Part shown: positions 35,955 to 45,545 of the stretch, piece after piece | Position numbering within the stretch: the stretch's first letter is position 1 | Layout: every line of letters begins with the position of its first letter | DNA from: Pseudomonas phage pPa_SNUABM_DT01 | DNA length: 64,000 nt | Sequence record: MW735835.1 | Direction: 5' to 3' (one strand) | The notes under the pieces: generated by a model | What the model was told of the DNA's origin: nothing | The model's database searches: none | Seen by the model: only the letters and a program-made list of their open reading frames with translations | Made by a program: the position numbers and the translations under genes

Positions 35955-38240
35955 ATGGAAAACCCATTTGTACTTCCAAAGGACGCCTACGTTCGCGATC
36001 TCGATCTGCTGAAAGGCTACTTCAACCAGAACACCCTCTTCCTGCACCGGATGACCGGTCAGCCAAAGGAAAAATGCCTGACCTTCCTCAAGAAGACCCT
36101 GTCTCGTGGCGGCGCATTCCCTCTGCGCGACCCGAACATGCTGGTCCTCAAGCAAGAGAGCCCGGGCAACCGCGTCAAAGACGAGATGACCCTGCTGTCG
36201 TACGTCAATACGGTCACCTCGACCAACCGTATCATGTCGCCGTCGATGGTTTGCTACGAAAACCCGAAGGTATTGAAGTCCCCTTCGGCCAAATTCGTGG
36301 AATCCGGCATCGCTGGGCGTAAGAAAGCCAAGAACGAGATGTTCGTGGCCAAAGTAAACGGTGATGAAGTCCTCGAAAAGATCAAGGACGCCGAGCAGAA
36401 CGCCAAAAAGATCGCGATCAACTCGCTGTCGGGCATGCACGGCTTCACCGGCAACATTCTCTACGTGAAATCGGGCCATTCCAGCCTGACTTCCATGTGC
36501 CGTTCGGCTACGGGCTACGGTAACGCCAACAACGAGAAGCTTTTGGCGGGCAGTCGACACTATCACTCGCCCAAGATAGCCATATCAAACATGCTGGCGC
36601 TGATTGATAGCCAACCGCACGACAAATTCCAGGCGGCGATGGATCATTGCGGCTTTGTGTACCCGACTGTTGAGCAAACCGCCGAGTGCATCAAGCGCAG
36701 CACCGACCTCTACTGGCGTAACGCTGGCAATTTCCAGAAGATCGTGGACTTCATTGTCCGTCTGACCCCGCTGGAACGCGCCATTGTCGTCTACACTGGC
36801 GATCTGTACCATATCGCCAAGTACAACGGTGACTATGTCCGTGGGTTCATGGACAAAATCATCAAGTACGACCCGAAAGCCGACCCGACAGTCGTGGACG
36901 ATGGCTACGCTGTACTTACCGGCAAGAAAATCGACGACGATACCAAGATGCTGGCAACCTACCTCAACGCGGAATACACCCGTGGCGAGAACTTCGACTC
37001 CTTGAAGGAGAAGGGCATGCACGATGTGCTTGCCATGGTAGCCAAAACCGCGTTCAACGTCCAGTCTGTAGTCCAGGAGTACTTCGTGTTCATCCGCACG
37101 ATGCTGACTCCGGTGCTGTTGGCGCCGACCGTGGCAAACATCAAGGGCATCCTGCGTCGTGTGGTGCTGGCTTCTGACACCGACTCGACCATCTTCACCA
37201 CGCAAGAGTGGGTGAGCTGGTACACTGGTAGCGACCATCGCACCAAAGAAGGTGACGGTATCTGGTACACCACGACCTACGTGGCTTGCCAGTGCATCGT
37301 GCACGTCCTGGCCCAATTGTCCGCCAACATGGGGGTGATCCAGGAAGACCTGCACCGCCTGACCATGAAGAACGAGTACGCCTTCCCGGTGTTCACCCTG
37401 ACCAACCGGGCCAAGCACTACTACGCCTTCATGAGCTGCCGTGAGGGCAACGTGTACAAGGACTACGACATGGAGATCAAGGGCGTGGCTCTGCGGTCTT
37501 CTACCGTACCTGTCGCAATCATCAAGCAGGCGAAAGCCATGATGAAGGAGGTCATGACCCGTGCCGACCAGAACCGTCAGTTCACGCTCGAAGAGCTGTA
37601 CCTGACTGTCTGGAAGCTGGAGCAGGACATCTACACCTCCATCAAGAAGGGTGAGCACCGTTACCTGAAGTCGGCACAGATTCAGGCCTTCTACAACAAC
37701 ATGAACAAAGACAACCCGTATCTGGAGAAGACGAACCTTCGTCACTATCACATCTGGGAAATGGTCTTTGCTCCGAAGTACGGTCACGTTGAAAACCCGC
37801 CCTACTCGGTCATTAAGGTTCCGCTGGCGATCAACAACAAGACCGACATGCAGAACTGGTTTGCCCACATGGAATCGGTCGATCCTGACTTCGCAGCGCG
37901 GATGAAGGACTACTGTGACAAGGCAGGCCGGACCGAGATTGGTACGCTGATGCTGCCTCTGTCGATCCTGGCAGGCGTGGGGATGCCCGATGAAGTGATG
38001 GCAGTGATCGACATCCGTCGACTCACCTACGAGATCCTGGAGTCGTTCTACATGATCCTGGAATCGTTGGGTGTGTTCCAGGTGGACAGCAAATACGTCC
38101 GCTTGATCAGTGACATCTATACACCGGAAGGCGAAGTCAACCTGCAACCGGAAGCAACCGATGCGAACAGCCTCATTGAAGAAGATGAGGACCTTCTGTA
38201 CGAGGAAGACGACGATGGAGAAGATTGGCTCGCCGACTGA
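35955..38240 (+). CDS. family-B DNA polymerase, palm/thumb fragment (motifs B and C only)
   Basis: Motif B KKIAINSLSGMHGF (KxxxNSxxG) and motif C VLASDTDSTIF (DTDS). No DxxSLYPS motif A and no exonuclease motifs, implying a split polymerase. Start moved to ATG 35955 (MENPFVLPK), downstream of the terminator hairpin. Confidence 0.65.
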   Translation: MENPFVLPKDAYVRDLDLLKGYFNQNTLFLHRMTGQPKEKCLTFLKKTLSRGGAFPLRDPNMLVLKQESPGNRVKDEMTLLSYVNTVTSTNRIMSPSMVCYENPKVLKSPSAKFVESGIAGRKKAKNEMFVAKVNGDEVLEKIKDAEQNAKKIAINSLSGMHGFTGNILYVKSGHSSLTSMCRSATGYGNANNEKLLAGSRHYHSPKIAISNMLALIDSQPHDKFQAAMDHCGFVYPTVEQTAECIKRSTDLYWRNAGNFQKIVDFIVRLTPLERAIVVYTGDLYHIAKYNGDYVRGFMDKIIKYDPKADPTVVDDGYAVLTGKKIDDDTKMLATYLNAEYTRGENFDSLKEKGMHDVLAMVAKTAFNVQSVVQEYFVFIRTMLTPVLLAPTVANIKGILRRVVLASDTDSTIFTTQEWVSWYTGSDHRTKEGDGIWYTTTYVACQCIVHVLAQLSANMGVIQEDLHRLTMKNEYAFPVFTLTNRAKHYYAFMSCREGNVYKDYDMEIKGVALRSSTVPVAIIKQAKAMMKEVMTRADQNRQFTLEELYLTVWKLEQDIYTSIKKGEHRYLKSAQIQAFYNNMNKDNPYLEKTNLRHYHIWEMVFAPKYGHVENPPYSVIKVPLAINNKTDMQNWFAHMESVDPDFAARMKDYCDKAGRTEIGTLMLPLSILAGVGMPDEVMAVIDIRRLTYEILESFYMILESLGVFQVDSKYVRLISDIYTPEGEVNLQPEATDANSLIEEDEDLLYEEDDDGEDWLAD

Positions 38241-38601
38241 GTGCAAGATCCTGCAATTCCCGGAAAGGAAGCCTGAACCCAAGCTGGTATCTGGTTATGG
38301 TGACCTGGTCGGTACGAGCATCACGGCTGCCATTGTGCAGCCGTCGCTTCACCAAACGGTGGCTGATTTCCTTGCTGCCATGATGAAGGAAGCGACAGCA
38401 CTCTCGGAGACCAGTGGGGTTCCTGTACTTCGTTTGATCGAAGATAGGATTCGTCGGGAAACGGGCATAAACAGCTACGTGAAGAAAGTTCTAGCGGACG
38501 CGATGAGGGAGTTAAGGAAAGCTGATGAAAATCAACGAACTCGACTTGCCGAGGCCTCTCGGTTGCACCAAGGTCCATGCGTTCCAGATCAAGACGCTTG
38601 A
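38215..38601 (+). CDS. hypothetical protein (start and extent uncertain)
   Basis: Internal ATG (MEKIGSPTE...) of track ORF 38110..38601. Overlaps the polymerase end and the next gene. Confidence 0.3.
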   Translation: MEKIGSPTECKILQFPERKPEPKLVSGYGDLVGTSITAAIVQPSLHQTVADFLAAMMKEATALSETSGVPVLRLIEDRIRRETGINSYVKKVLADAMRELRKADENQRTRLAEASRLHQGPCVPDQDA

Positions 38602-39109
38602 ACGCCTCGACTGGATGAACTGGGAAATGGGCGGGACTTCCTCGTCCTATACAGCGTACGGTCATCATCCGCTGCACACGGTTTCCATCCCCCACAGTCT
38701 CATGGAACTCTACAAGCCTGAGGAAGGCTGGTGGATAGTCCGGTGGCCCACGGGAATCGTGACCTTCCGCAGTGATGAATCCTTCAAGCGGGACTTCGAA
38801 CCAGGCAATGGAACGCTGTACTACACCTGGCTGGAGGGCATTTTCCAACGGGGATGGGAACATCCTGAAGGGCAGCGCCGTCACGCTGAGGAGCGGGCAG
38901 CTGAGAAAGAGCGCCAGCGCAAGCTGCACGAAGAATGGATGGCCAGACGTGCCACTGAGCCCAAGGTCCGTGATCTGGGGAACGGCTGCATTGTCAGGCG
39001 AGTTGACGTGGGATTGGTCGAGATGCCTAAAGGTATTCAAGTCCAACCCCTGTCTGAGCATGTTTCCATCCTTCCGCTGCTCAAGGCACTGACCAGGCCT
39101 AACTTCTAG
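38525..39109 (+). CDS. hypothetical protein (194 aa)
   Basis: SD aggaaagctgATG. Trp-rich protein-like sequence. Confidence 0.55.
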   Translation: MKINELDLPRPLGCTKVHAFQIKTLERLDWMNWEMGGTSSSYTAYGHHPLHTVSIPHSLMELYKPEEGWWIVRWPTGIVTFRSDESFKRDFEPGNGTLYYTWLEGIFQRGWEHPEGQRRHAEERAAEKERQRKLHEEWMARRATEPKVRDLGNGCIVRRVDVGLVEMPKGIQVQPLSEHVSILPLLKALTRPNF

Positions 39110-39118
39110 TGAGGCAGC

Positions 39119-39149
39119 ATAGAGAGCGGCCAGTGGCCGCTCTCTATGC
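39119..39149. terminator. hairpin catagagagcggccagtggccgctctctatg between convergent genes
   Basis: Perfect 13-bp stem between the + stop at 39109 and the minus stop at 39151. Has CATAGAG and TATGCC flanks. Confidence 0.5.
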
Positions 39150-39150
39150 C

Positions 39151-40278
39151 TTATGCTGGCTCGACGTTGCGATACAAGAACGGACGGATGTTCTTGTCGA
39201 TGTACTGCTTCACCCAAGCGGCCACGTCCGACGGGATCTGATTGACCAGGTACTTGCCGCTGTCTGCTTCGAGCAGGGCACGGCGAATCCGGTTCTTGTC
39301 CGCGTCGTTCTTCTGGTTATTGTTCAGCTGGTCGAACTTGAGCAGCATCGCAATAGCCGGCATCCGAGCAATGGTGAGCGCCCAGATAGCTTGGTTGGTG
39401 AAGGCAATGTCCGGCAGACGTACCGTCTGAAGCAGGTTATCCTGCCCAAACACCGGTACGTTCGCCAGCATCGTCGTGTAGGTGTAGGTTTCCCGGGAGA
39501 ACCGCGCAGCGATCTCTTTAAGGCCTGCCTCCAGCTTGGGGTAGAGGTCAGCCGTATAGAAAGGCATGTCACTGGGTTCCCGTACGTAACCTTCCCCGCC
39601 GATCAAGCTGTGCAGGGTGTTGAGCACCGCCACGTCCAGATGACTGGTCAGCATGTTTGGGATGATCACTTGGCTGATGAAGTGCGCCGTTGGGAGTTGG
39701 AATCCGTCCGGTGCCATCGAAGCCGTGGCCATCCGCCACAGATGGTACTGACACGCCAACAACGGGATGTTAATCTCCAGCACAGCAGTAGCGCCTGCGC
39801 CCAAACCCTTGAAGGTGTGCTCACCATCCAGTTCCAGAATACCGCACCCGGATATAGGATGAGACAATACCCTCACGGGGCTCATATTCCGCCAGTTGAA
39901 CCAGATGTCGATCGGAGAAATGGAGTCATCGGCAATGGCAATGACGATCTCGTTCACGCCTTTGCCGTAGAAATGGCTGTGGTTACGGACTCGTCCGTGG
40001 TGCGCGCCGGTGCACAACCCCATCTGGCCAGAGATGCGATCGACGATGCTGGAGACACGCAGGTAGTAGTCTGGAAGGTTGCCATCGAAACTGATGTCGA
40101 CCATGGCGAGGATCTTGAGCAGCAAGTGGTCGCTCTTGATGTACCCTGGGTTCACCCGGCGGTACTCTTTATAGCGGTCCACCTGATTGGCCATCAACTC
40201 GCGCTTTACATAGTCCAGGCCCATGGTGGCGATGTTAGTCTGCCGTAGCCTGGCCTCAGTGTTGAAGAGTGTGTACAT
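39151..40278 (-). CDS. hypothetical protein (375 aa)
   Basis: Minus ORF with balanced composition. The + ORF 39109..40248 is V/R/H/D-rich antisense. Confidence 0.65.
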   Translation of the reverse strand: MYTLFNTEARLRQTNIATMGLDYVKRELMANQVDRYKEYRRVNPGYIKSDHLLLKILAMVDISFDGNLPDYYLRVSSIVDRISGQMGLCTGAHHGRVRNHSHFYGKGVNEIVIAIADDSISPIDIWFNWRNMSPVRVLSHPISGCGILELDGEHTFKGLGAGATAVLEINIPLLACQYHLWRMATASMAPDGFQLPTAHFISQVIIPNMLTSHLDVAVLNTLHSLIGGEGYVREPSDMPFYTADLYPKLEAGLKEIAARFSRETYTYTTMLANVPVFGQDNLLQTVRLPDIAFTNQAIWALTIARMPAIAMLLKFDQLNNNQKNDADKNRIRRALLEADSGKYLVNQIPSDVAAWVKQYIDKNIRPFLYRNVEPA

Positions 40279-40341
40279 GGCGGGGTGTCCAGTGACGGTT
40301 AAAGTCTCAAAGGATAGCCGACGTTATAGAAGGAAATCACA

Positions 40342-40629
40342 ATGAATGCTGAAGAGCAGCGTAAAGTCATCACGCCCCTGATCCAGTCGGCGTACAACCT
40401 TACCTTCAATCCTGCGCTGCGTGGTGGGACTGAGCGTCAGGATGGTAAACAGTTGGAAGAAGGCATTACGCTCTTCCCCAACGGGATTGACGTTACCCTC
40501 AACGGGGCAACCCAGGCTATTCGCTGGGAGCTGGATGACCACAAGGTCATCAACGTCACCTACGTTCCCTTGGCCTACTTCAACCTGGCCTGGGAAGCCT
40601 TGTCCAAATACCTGAAGCACACCGAGTGA
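40342..40629 (+). CDS. hypothetical protein (95 aa)
   Basis: SD gaaggaaatcacaATG. Confidence 0.55.
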   Translation: MNAEEQRKVITPLIQSAYNLTFNPALRGGTERQDGKQLEEGITLFPNGIDVTLNGATQAIRWELDDHKVINVTYVPLAYFNLAWEALSKYLKHTE

Positions 40630-40830
40630 GAACTGAATCGTAAAAAATAACTCGATAGTGCATATGGTATAGGAGATCTGCTCCGGCCAGGGTTTAGCCT
40701 TGGCGAATGGGAGGGTATTTCCTTTTCTCGGACAGGCAGGGCGGTAAAACCACCAAACCCCGCCCGTAAATTTAAACGCACCGCCTGCATCATGTTGAGG
40801 CTAGGAATGTAAATTCCATTCGAAAAACTC

Positions 40831-40857
40831 ACGGGGATACATTATCAACGTGAATAT
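40831..40857 (+). promoter_or_regulatory. promoter-like box acggggATACATTATCAACGTGaATATcgg (class B)
   Basis: 21 of 22 identity with 5500-5521. Located 68 nt upstream of the putative shell gene within a 295-bp leader region. Confidence 0.55.
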
Positions 40858-40924
40858 CGGAGCCAAGCTTCAAGATGTTCACTAGGCCCTAGTAACATTC
40901 TTTTCCATCCCAAGGAGTAACACC

Positions 40925-42832
40925 ATGGCTGTAAACAACGACGAAACCCTCGACACCGGCGCCGGCAGCGAGCAACCCCGTCGCAACGAACCGCGCGGCG
41001 AACCGCGTGGTGAGCGTCGTGAGACCAACATGAACGCCGGTCTGCTGGACATCAACCGCCTCCTGGGCGCCCCGATGAGCCGCCGTATCTCCGGCGAAGT
41101 TCTGGTCAATGCCGTCAAGGCCATCAAGCACTGGTTCGCTCCCGAGCGTCAAGTAGCCGGCGGCGGTCTGATCGATCTGACCAAGATCCAGGTTCTGGGT
41201 CTGGAAGCCTCCGAGCACAACGTCTCGATCTCCAGCGCCATCCTGGCCTACCCGGTCGAAGAAAACGGCACCGTCAAGGTGCTGGTGCACTCCATCGCTC
41301 TGGCTCAGAGCCTGACCGACGACGTCGGTGTGCGTACCGCCGAGATCAACCACCGCAGCTACACCCTGCCGGTGATCCCCTCGGACTACATCACCGAGAG
41401 CTACCTGGCTCTGATCGACGAAATCGTCAAGAAGAACTTCGAGCAGTCCCGCAAGAACGTCGAAATCGTTCGTGCCGGCTGGCGTGTGGTTTCGCCGAAG
41501 GTCGACTTCAGCGAGCCGGAAAACACCGAAGTGCGTCAGGTCGTGTTCTTCGCGCAGGCTGCGCTGGCCGCCATCTACGGCGACCTGTACAACGAGAACC
41601 TGTACTTCTCGCTCGACTGGCTGACCAAGGCCTCCACCCTGGAGATCAACGTCGACCTGTCCGGCCGCGAAGTGTTCACCGCTGACGGCCTGCCGCGTCG
41701 TTCCGACCTGGCCGTGCAAGTCGCCGGTATCGTCCGCAAGGGCGACCAGAACATCCCGGTTCCGCTGGCCAACCTGGGCGGCTACGTCAACATCATGTAC
41801 ACCCCGCCGGCGCAAGAAGAGCGTTGGGCCCGCAACCAGCGCCGTGATCAGCCGTACTTCACTCCGGTGTACGTGATCAACCGCATGGACACCGGCACCA
41901 ACGGCATCACCCCGGAACTGCTCCTGCTGGCCATGGCCGGCGCCTCGGTCATCTCCAAGGACCAGGCCTGGGCGCAGGGCTTCCTGCCGGGCGACGTGCA
42001 GCGCGGTGAAGTGGACTACCGTGACGCCGGTCTGCTGAACATCCTCGGCCCGGATCAGGACAAGCAGCCTGTCGTGTTCGACAGCCGCTCGAGCCTGGAC
42101 ACCAACAAGTGGGCCCAGTACTTCTTCAGCCTGGTGGACGACAACCTGGCCTGGGCAATCGAGCTGGAAGAAGGCGGCGACAACAGCTGGATCACCAGCC
42201 TGCTGTCCGACGCTGCAACCGACGACAGCCCGAACAAGGACGCCATCCGCCGTCTGTACGACTACGCGGACCGTCTGACCAACGGCAACTTCACCCGTCG
42301 TGCCAAGGAGCTGGGCGTCGAAGTCCCGCTGCAAATGTCCGGTGCCCGTTACCTGACCGGTACCTGGATCGACGAGAACGGCAAGGAGCGCGACCTGCGC
42401 GACTGGGACCTGCTGCGCTGGATGGCTTCCAACCCGAGCGACGAGGGCGAATCCGCTCTGCGCTACCAGGACGTCATCGACCGCACTGACCTGGACGTGG
42501 AAATCCGCGTTTCCGAGCAGTTCGACCAACTGACCCAAGCCCTCGGCGCGAGCAACGTCAAGTTCGCCCGCTACGTGGACCTGGCCTTCATCAACCCGGC
42601 CTTCATCGAGGCCCTCGCCATGGCCGTTGCTGATTGCAAGATCAACATCGACCAGCGCTCTGCGCACTACACCTTCGGCAACCGTCGCCTGCGTGGTAAC
42701 ACCCGCATCCGCGACTTCGTCGGTGGTGACCTGACCCACGGCATGCTCTCGAGCCGCCGCATGGGCAACGACGGTCAGCGTGGTCTGCGTTCCGTAGTCG
42801 GCAACGGCTTCGGTTTCGGCAACACCTACTGA
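40925..42832 (+). CDS. chmA: putative chimallin (ChmA), major phage-nucleus shell protein
   Basis: 635 aa (about 70 kDa) with low-complexity N- and C-terminal extensions. Lies immediately upstream of the RNAP beta-prime N-terminal gene, as in phiKZ gp54/gp55. Strong SD aaggagtaacaccATG and its own promoter box. No motif-level confirmation is possible from sequence alone. Confidence 0.5.
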   Translation: MAVNNDETLDTGAGSEQPRRNEPRGEPRGERRETNMNAGLLDINRLLGAPMSRRISGEVLVNAVKAIKHWFAPERQVAGGGLIDLTKIQVLGLEASEHNVSISSAILAYPVEENGTVKVLVHSIALAQSLTDDVGVRTAEINHRSYTLPVIPSDYITESYLALIDEIVKKNFEQSRKNVEIVRAGWRVVSPKVDFSEPENTEVRQVVFFAQAALAAIYGDLYNENLYFSLDWLTKASTLEINVDLSGREVFTADGLPRRSDLAVQVAGIVRKGDQNIPVPLANLGGYVNIMYTPPAQEERWARNQRRDQPYFTPVYVINRMDTGTNGITPELLLLAMAGASVISKDQAWAQGFLPGDVQRGEVDYRDAGLLNILGPDQDKQPVVFDSRSSLDTNKWAQYFFSLVDDNLAWAIELEEGGDNSWITSLLSDAATDDSPNKDAIRRLYDYADRLTNGNFTRRAKELGVEVPLQMSGARYLTGTWIDENGKERDLRDWDLLRWMASNPSDEGESALRYQDVIDRTDLDVEIRVSEQFDQLTQALGASNVKFARYVDLAFINPAFIEALAMAVADCKINIDQRSAHYTFGNRRLRGNTRIRDFVGGDLTHGMLSSRRMGNDGQRGLRSVVGNGFGFGNTY

Positions 42833-42863
42833 TCGGCGCTGAGCGTCAGCAGTAAAGTAGCAA

Positions 42864-42901
42864 GGGGGAGCTAACGCTCCCCCGAGCTATTCCTTTTTAT
42901 T
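42864..42901 (+). terminator. intrinsic terminator (gggggagctaacgctccccc ... cctttttatttt)
   Basis: GC stem followed by a T-run after the stop at 42832. Confidence 0.6.
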
Positions 42902-42924
42902 TTCACCGGAGCACGGAAAGGCCA

Positions 42925-44388
42925 ATGAAAGAACGCAATGGCGTTTACTTGCGTGTGGTGAGTTACGACACCATGTTCATGCATCAGAGTCACCCTGCGA
43001 CCCTGATGAACGACTTCAACATCGATCTTGAGGCTGATCGTCTCAAGCTGAACAACCTCATTTATGCCTCTCTGGATGGCGACTCGCTGAACAACACGGC
43101 GAGCTGTGACTGTGGGCACATCACCGGCATGGACAACTATGGCATCCGCTGCCACGAGTGTCTGAGCCTGGTCATGCCCATCACCGAGAAACCACTGGAG
43201 ACTCTCCTGTGGATCAAGGTGCCGGCTGGCATCAACAAATTCATCAACCTGACGGTGTGGCGGATTCTGTCGAAGAACCTGACGCACTCGAACTTCAACA
43301 TCCTGGAGTACTTGTGTAACCCGCGTTACAACGCACCGAGTCCGTTAGCCGCGGACAAGATGCGCAAGTTGGAGCGCCTGGAAATCCCGCGTGGCTACAA
43401 CCACTTCGTTGACAACTACGAGGCCATCCTGGTCGCGTTGTTCAAAGCGGGGCTCATCGGTCCATCCGCTTCTGCCCGTAAGCGCCGCAAGATCATGCGC
43501 TTCTTGCAGGAGAACTTTGACCGGACGTTCTCGGAGTACCTGCCGTTCCCAACTCGGCTGGGCTTCATCAAGGAGAGCAGCAACAACCGTATCACGGCCG
43601 ACCCGAAGATGGTGGCTGCGGTCAACGCCGCGCACATCCTCATCGGTATCGACAACCGCGAGACGGTCGAGAACCAACCCAAGCTGTCCCAGGCCCAGAA
43701 AGAAGGACGCGTGGTCAACGCGCTCCAGAACTTCAACGATTACTACAAGACCTTCGAGTCCGAGGTGATCTTCAAGAAGCCTGGTATCGCTCGTAAGCTG
43801 ATTTACGGCACCCGGCCGTACTTCGGGTTCCGTGCGGTGATCACCTCCCGTCAGAAGCCTCACCGGCAAGATGGCATGGAGATGCCGTGGTCGGCAAGTA
43901 CACTGCTCTTTAAGGTGCACTTGCAGAACAAGCTGATCACCCAGGGCTACATCCCTAACGAGATGCAGGCCCTGATCTACGAGAACACGCTGCGCTGGCA
44001 CCCAGAGCTGGATCGGCTGTTCAAGGAGTTGCTGGCAGAAGCTCCCAACGGGACTATTCCCACCACCTTCGGTCGTAACCCGACCCTGACGCGTGGTTCG
44101 ATCGGCTACAACCAGATCGACACCATTAAGAGTGACCCAACGGACAACACCATCTCGATCAGCCCGCTGAACTTGATCGACAAGAACGCGGACTTCGACG
44201 GTGACGCGCTCTGGGGCGAGCTGCCGCTTGACCACAAGAACGCGAAGATCATGTCCCGCCTGGACCCGGTCACTGGCGTCATGGACCTCGACAAACCGTT
44301 TACCATCTCGCGAAATACGACGCTGCCGGCGCCGTTGATTGCGACGATGACGAATTGGCTCATCGAGGGCGATAAGGTATCCACATGA
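42925..44388 (+). CDS. multisubunit RNA polymerase beta-prime subunit, N-terminal fragment
   Basis: Catalytic motif NADFDGDALWG (NADFDGD). N-terminal Zn-finger-like CDCGH...CHEC. SD ggaaaggccaATG. The antisense ORF 43345..44235 was rejected. Confidence 0.8.
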   Translation: MKERNGVYLRVVSYDTMFMHQSHPATLMNDFNIDLEADRLKLNNLIYASLDGDSLNNTASCDCGHITGMDNYGIRCHECLSLVMPITEKPLETLLWIKVPAGINKFINLTVWRILSKNLTHSNFNILEYLCNPRYNAPSPLAADKMRKLERLEIPRGYNHFVDNYEAILVALFKAGLIGPSASARKRRKIMRFLQENFDRTFSEYLPFPTRLGFIKESSNNRITADPKMVAAVNAAHILIGIDNRETVENQPKLSQAQKEGRVVNALQNFNDYYKTFESEVIFKKPGIARKLIYGTRPYFGFRAVITSRQKPHRQDGMEMPWSASTLLFKVHLQNKLITQGYIPNEMQALIYENTLRWHPELDRLFKELLAEAPNGTIPTTFGRNPTLTRGSIGYNQIDTIKSDPTDNTISISPLNLIDKNADFDGDALWGELPLDHKNAKIMSRLDPVTGVMDLDKPFTISRNTTLPAPLIATMTNWLIEGDKVST

Positions 44389-44398
44389 GGAGTGAGTT

Positions 44399-45022
44399 AT
44401 GGCGATAGCTATCTACGCTGACGATCAGGAGTTCGGGGTCATGCACTACGGCCTCCCGCGATCCGAGGACCGGGCGGCTATCCGACAGCGTATGGAGAAC
44501 ACGGCTCGGTCATTTGGTTTGACCGGCAGTGACCTCTTCAGCAAGGCGATCAGCCGGTTCGAGTCGTTCGACTTCGATAAGGTGGAGCGCAAGCTCGATG
44601 CCTTGAAGCGGAAAGTCACCCACCTCTTCGACCGGGATGAAATCCGGCCGATGTGGAAGATCGGTCAGTTCCAACAGGCCGGTCCTGTCCAGCAGCGGTG
44701 GCTGATGGCAAACCCACGGGCTCAGAAGCTCTTCGAAGCGGACATGATGTATGGCTGGCGTGATACCTTCGTCAACCATCACAAAGGCCGCTACGGCGAG
44801 GAGAACCCGGACTACCGCGCCGTCATGGACGGTCTGGTGGTGTTCAACGAGGAAGGCGGGGCGGTATGCACGCAGTTCTTGACCGACCGTGATGCCGACA
44901 ACCGAGGCGTCCTCAACTTCTCGGACCAGACTCTGGTTCACGGAAGCATGTGGGCCAACTTCGGGGCATTCCTGGACGAAGGGCTGGACGATCCGGGCGA
45001 TCCGAACAACGGTTCGCTCTGA
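44399..45022 (+). CDS. hypothetical protein (207 aa)
   Basis: SD gaggagtgagttATG. Confidence 0.6.
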   Translation: MAIAIYADDQEFGVMHYGLPRSEDRAAIRQRMENTARSFGLTGSDLFSKAISRFESFDFDKVERKLDALKRKVTHLFDRDEIRPMWKIGQFQQAGPVQQRWLMANPRAQKLFEADMMYGWRDTFVNHHKGRYGEENPDYRAVMDGLVVFNEEGGAVCTQFLTDRDADNRGVLNFSDQTLVHGSMWANFGAFLDEGLDDPGDPNNGSL

Positions 45023-45032
45023 CCGACCTGCA

Positions 45033-45089
45033 CCGCACATATCTCAATGGTATGTGCGGTGTACCCCCTCACGGGTACCTTTCTTTTTT
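45033..45089 (+). terminator. tandem hairpins (ccgcacatatctcaatggtatgtgcgg and gtaccccctcacgggtac) plus T-run
   Basis: Two consecutive stem-loops followed by ctttcttttttcg. Confidence 0.6.
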
Positions 45090-45106
45090 CGTCCCGAGAT
45101 AATCCC

Positions 45107-45532
45107 ATGGCCCGTGTAGTCCCTGTTCTTGGCAGTGCCGGATTCGCCACTGACCTGACCATCAAGGCCGACGAAGCCTTGTCCAATTTCTACCTCTCCC
45201 AGCGGTCTCAGTCTGACCTGTACCGTGGCAGCATTGCCAGTCTGGGGGAGATCATCAGTGCCCACGGTAACAACCCTCCTGTCCTCGAATCCGAGACCCG
45301 GAAGGTGCTGCAAGGGTATTTTGAGCGCCAGTTTGAGGAAGTCACCCTCGATGTCAAGTCCGTAGTGAAAGGACCCAGTATTGATTTACAGATCTCTGTT
45401 ATCCTACGAGACGGAGACAAATCAATCGACATTGCCCACGTGGTTTCGTCCTCTGATTCCAAAATTCGCAGCATCATTGATCTGCAAAACGAAGGAAGGC
45501 CGTTCATCTCGGCCGACCTACTTTCGACCTAA
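45107..45532 (+). CDS. hypothetical protein (141 aa)
   Basis: ATG (MARVVPVLG) inside track ORF 45047..45532, downstream of the terminator. Confidence 0.55.
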   Translation: MARVVPVLGSAGFATDLTIKADEALSNFYLSQRSQSDLYRGSIASLGEIISAHGNNPPVLESETRKVLQGYFERQFEEVTLDVKSVVKGPSIDLQISVILRDGDKSIDIAHVVSSSDSKIRSIIDLQNEGRPFISADLLST

Positions 45533-45545
45533 GGAGTAACACCCG

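Noticed and set aside
36585-38282. 565-aa minus-strand ORF opposite the DNA polymerase fragment
   Set aside because: The + frame has polB motifs B and C. The minus frame has antisense composition.
39109-40248. 379-aa plus ORF opposite minus gene 39151..40278
   Set aside because: V/R/H/D/G-rich. Here the minus frame is the protein-like one (balanced composition, terminator downstream).
40889-42739. 616-aa minus-strand ORF opposite the shell-candidate gene
   Set aside because: G/V/D/A-rich antisense composition. The + gene has an SD, a promoter box and a terminator.
43345-44235. 296-aa minus ORF and small + ORFs 43391..43768 inside the beta-prime gene
   Set aside because: Overlaps a motif-bearing (NADFDGD) gene. 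Arg/Ser/Thr-rich alternative-frame artefacts.
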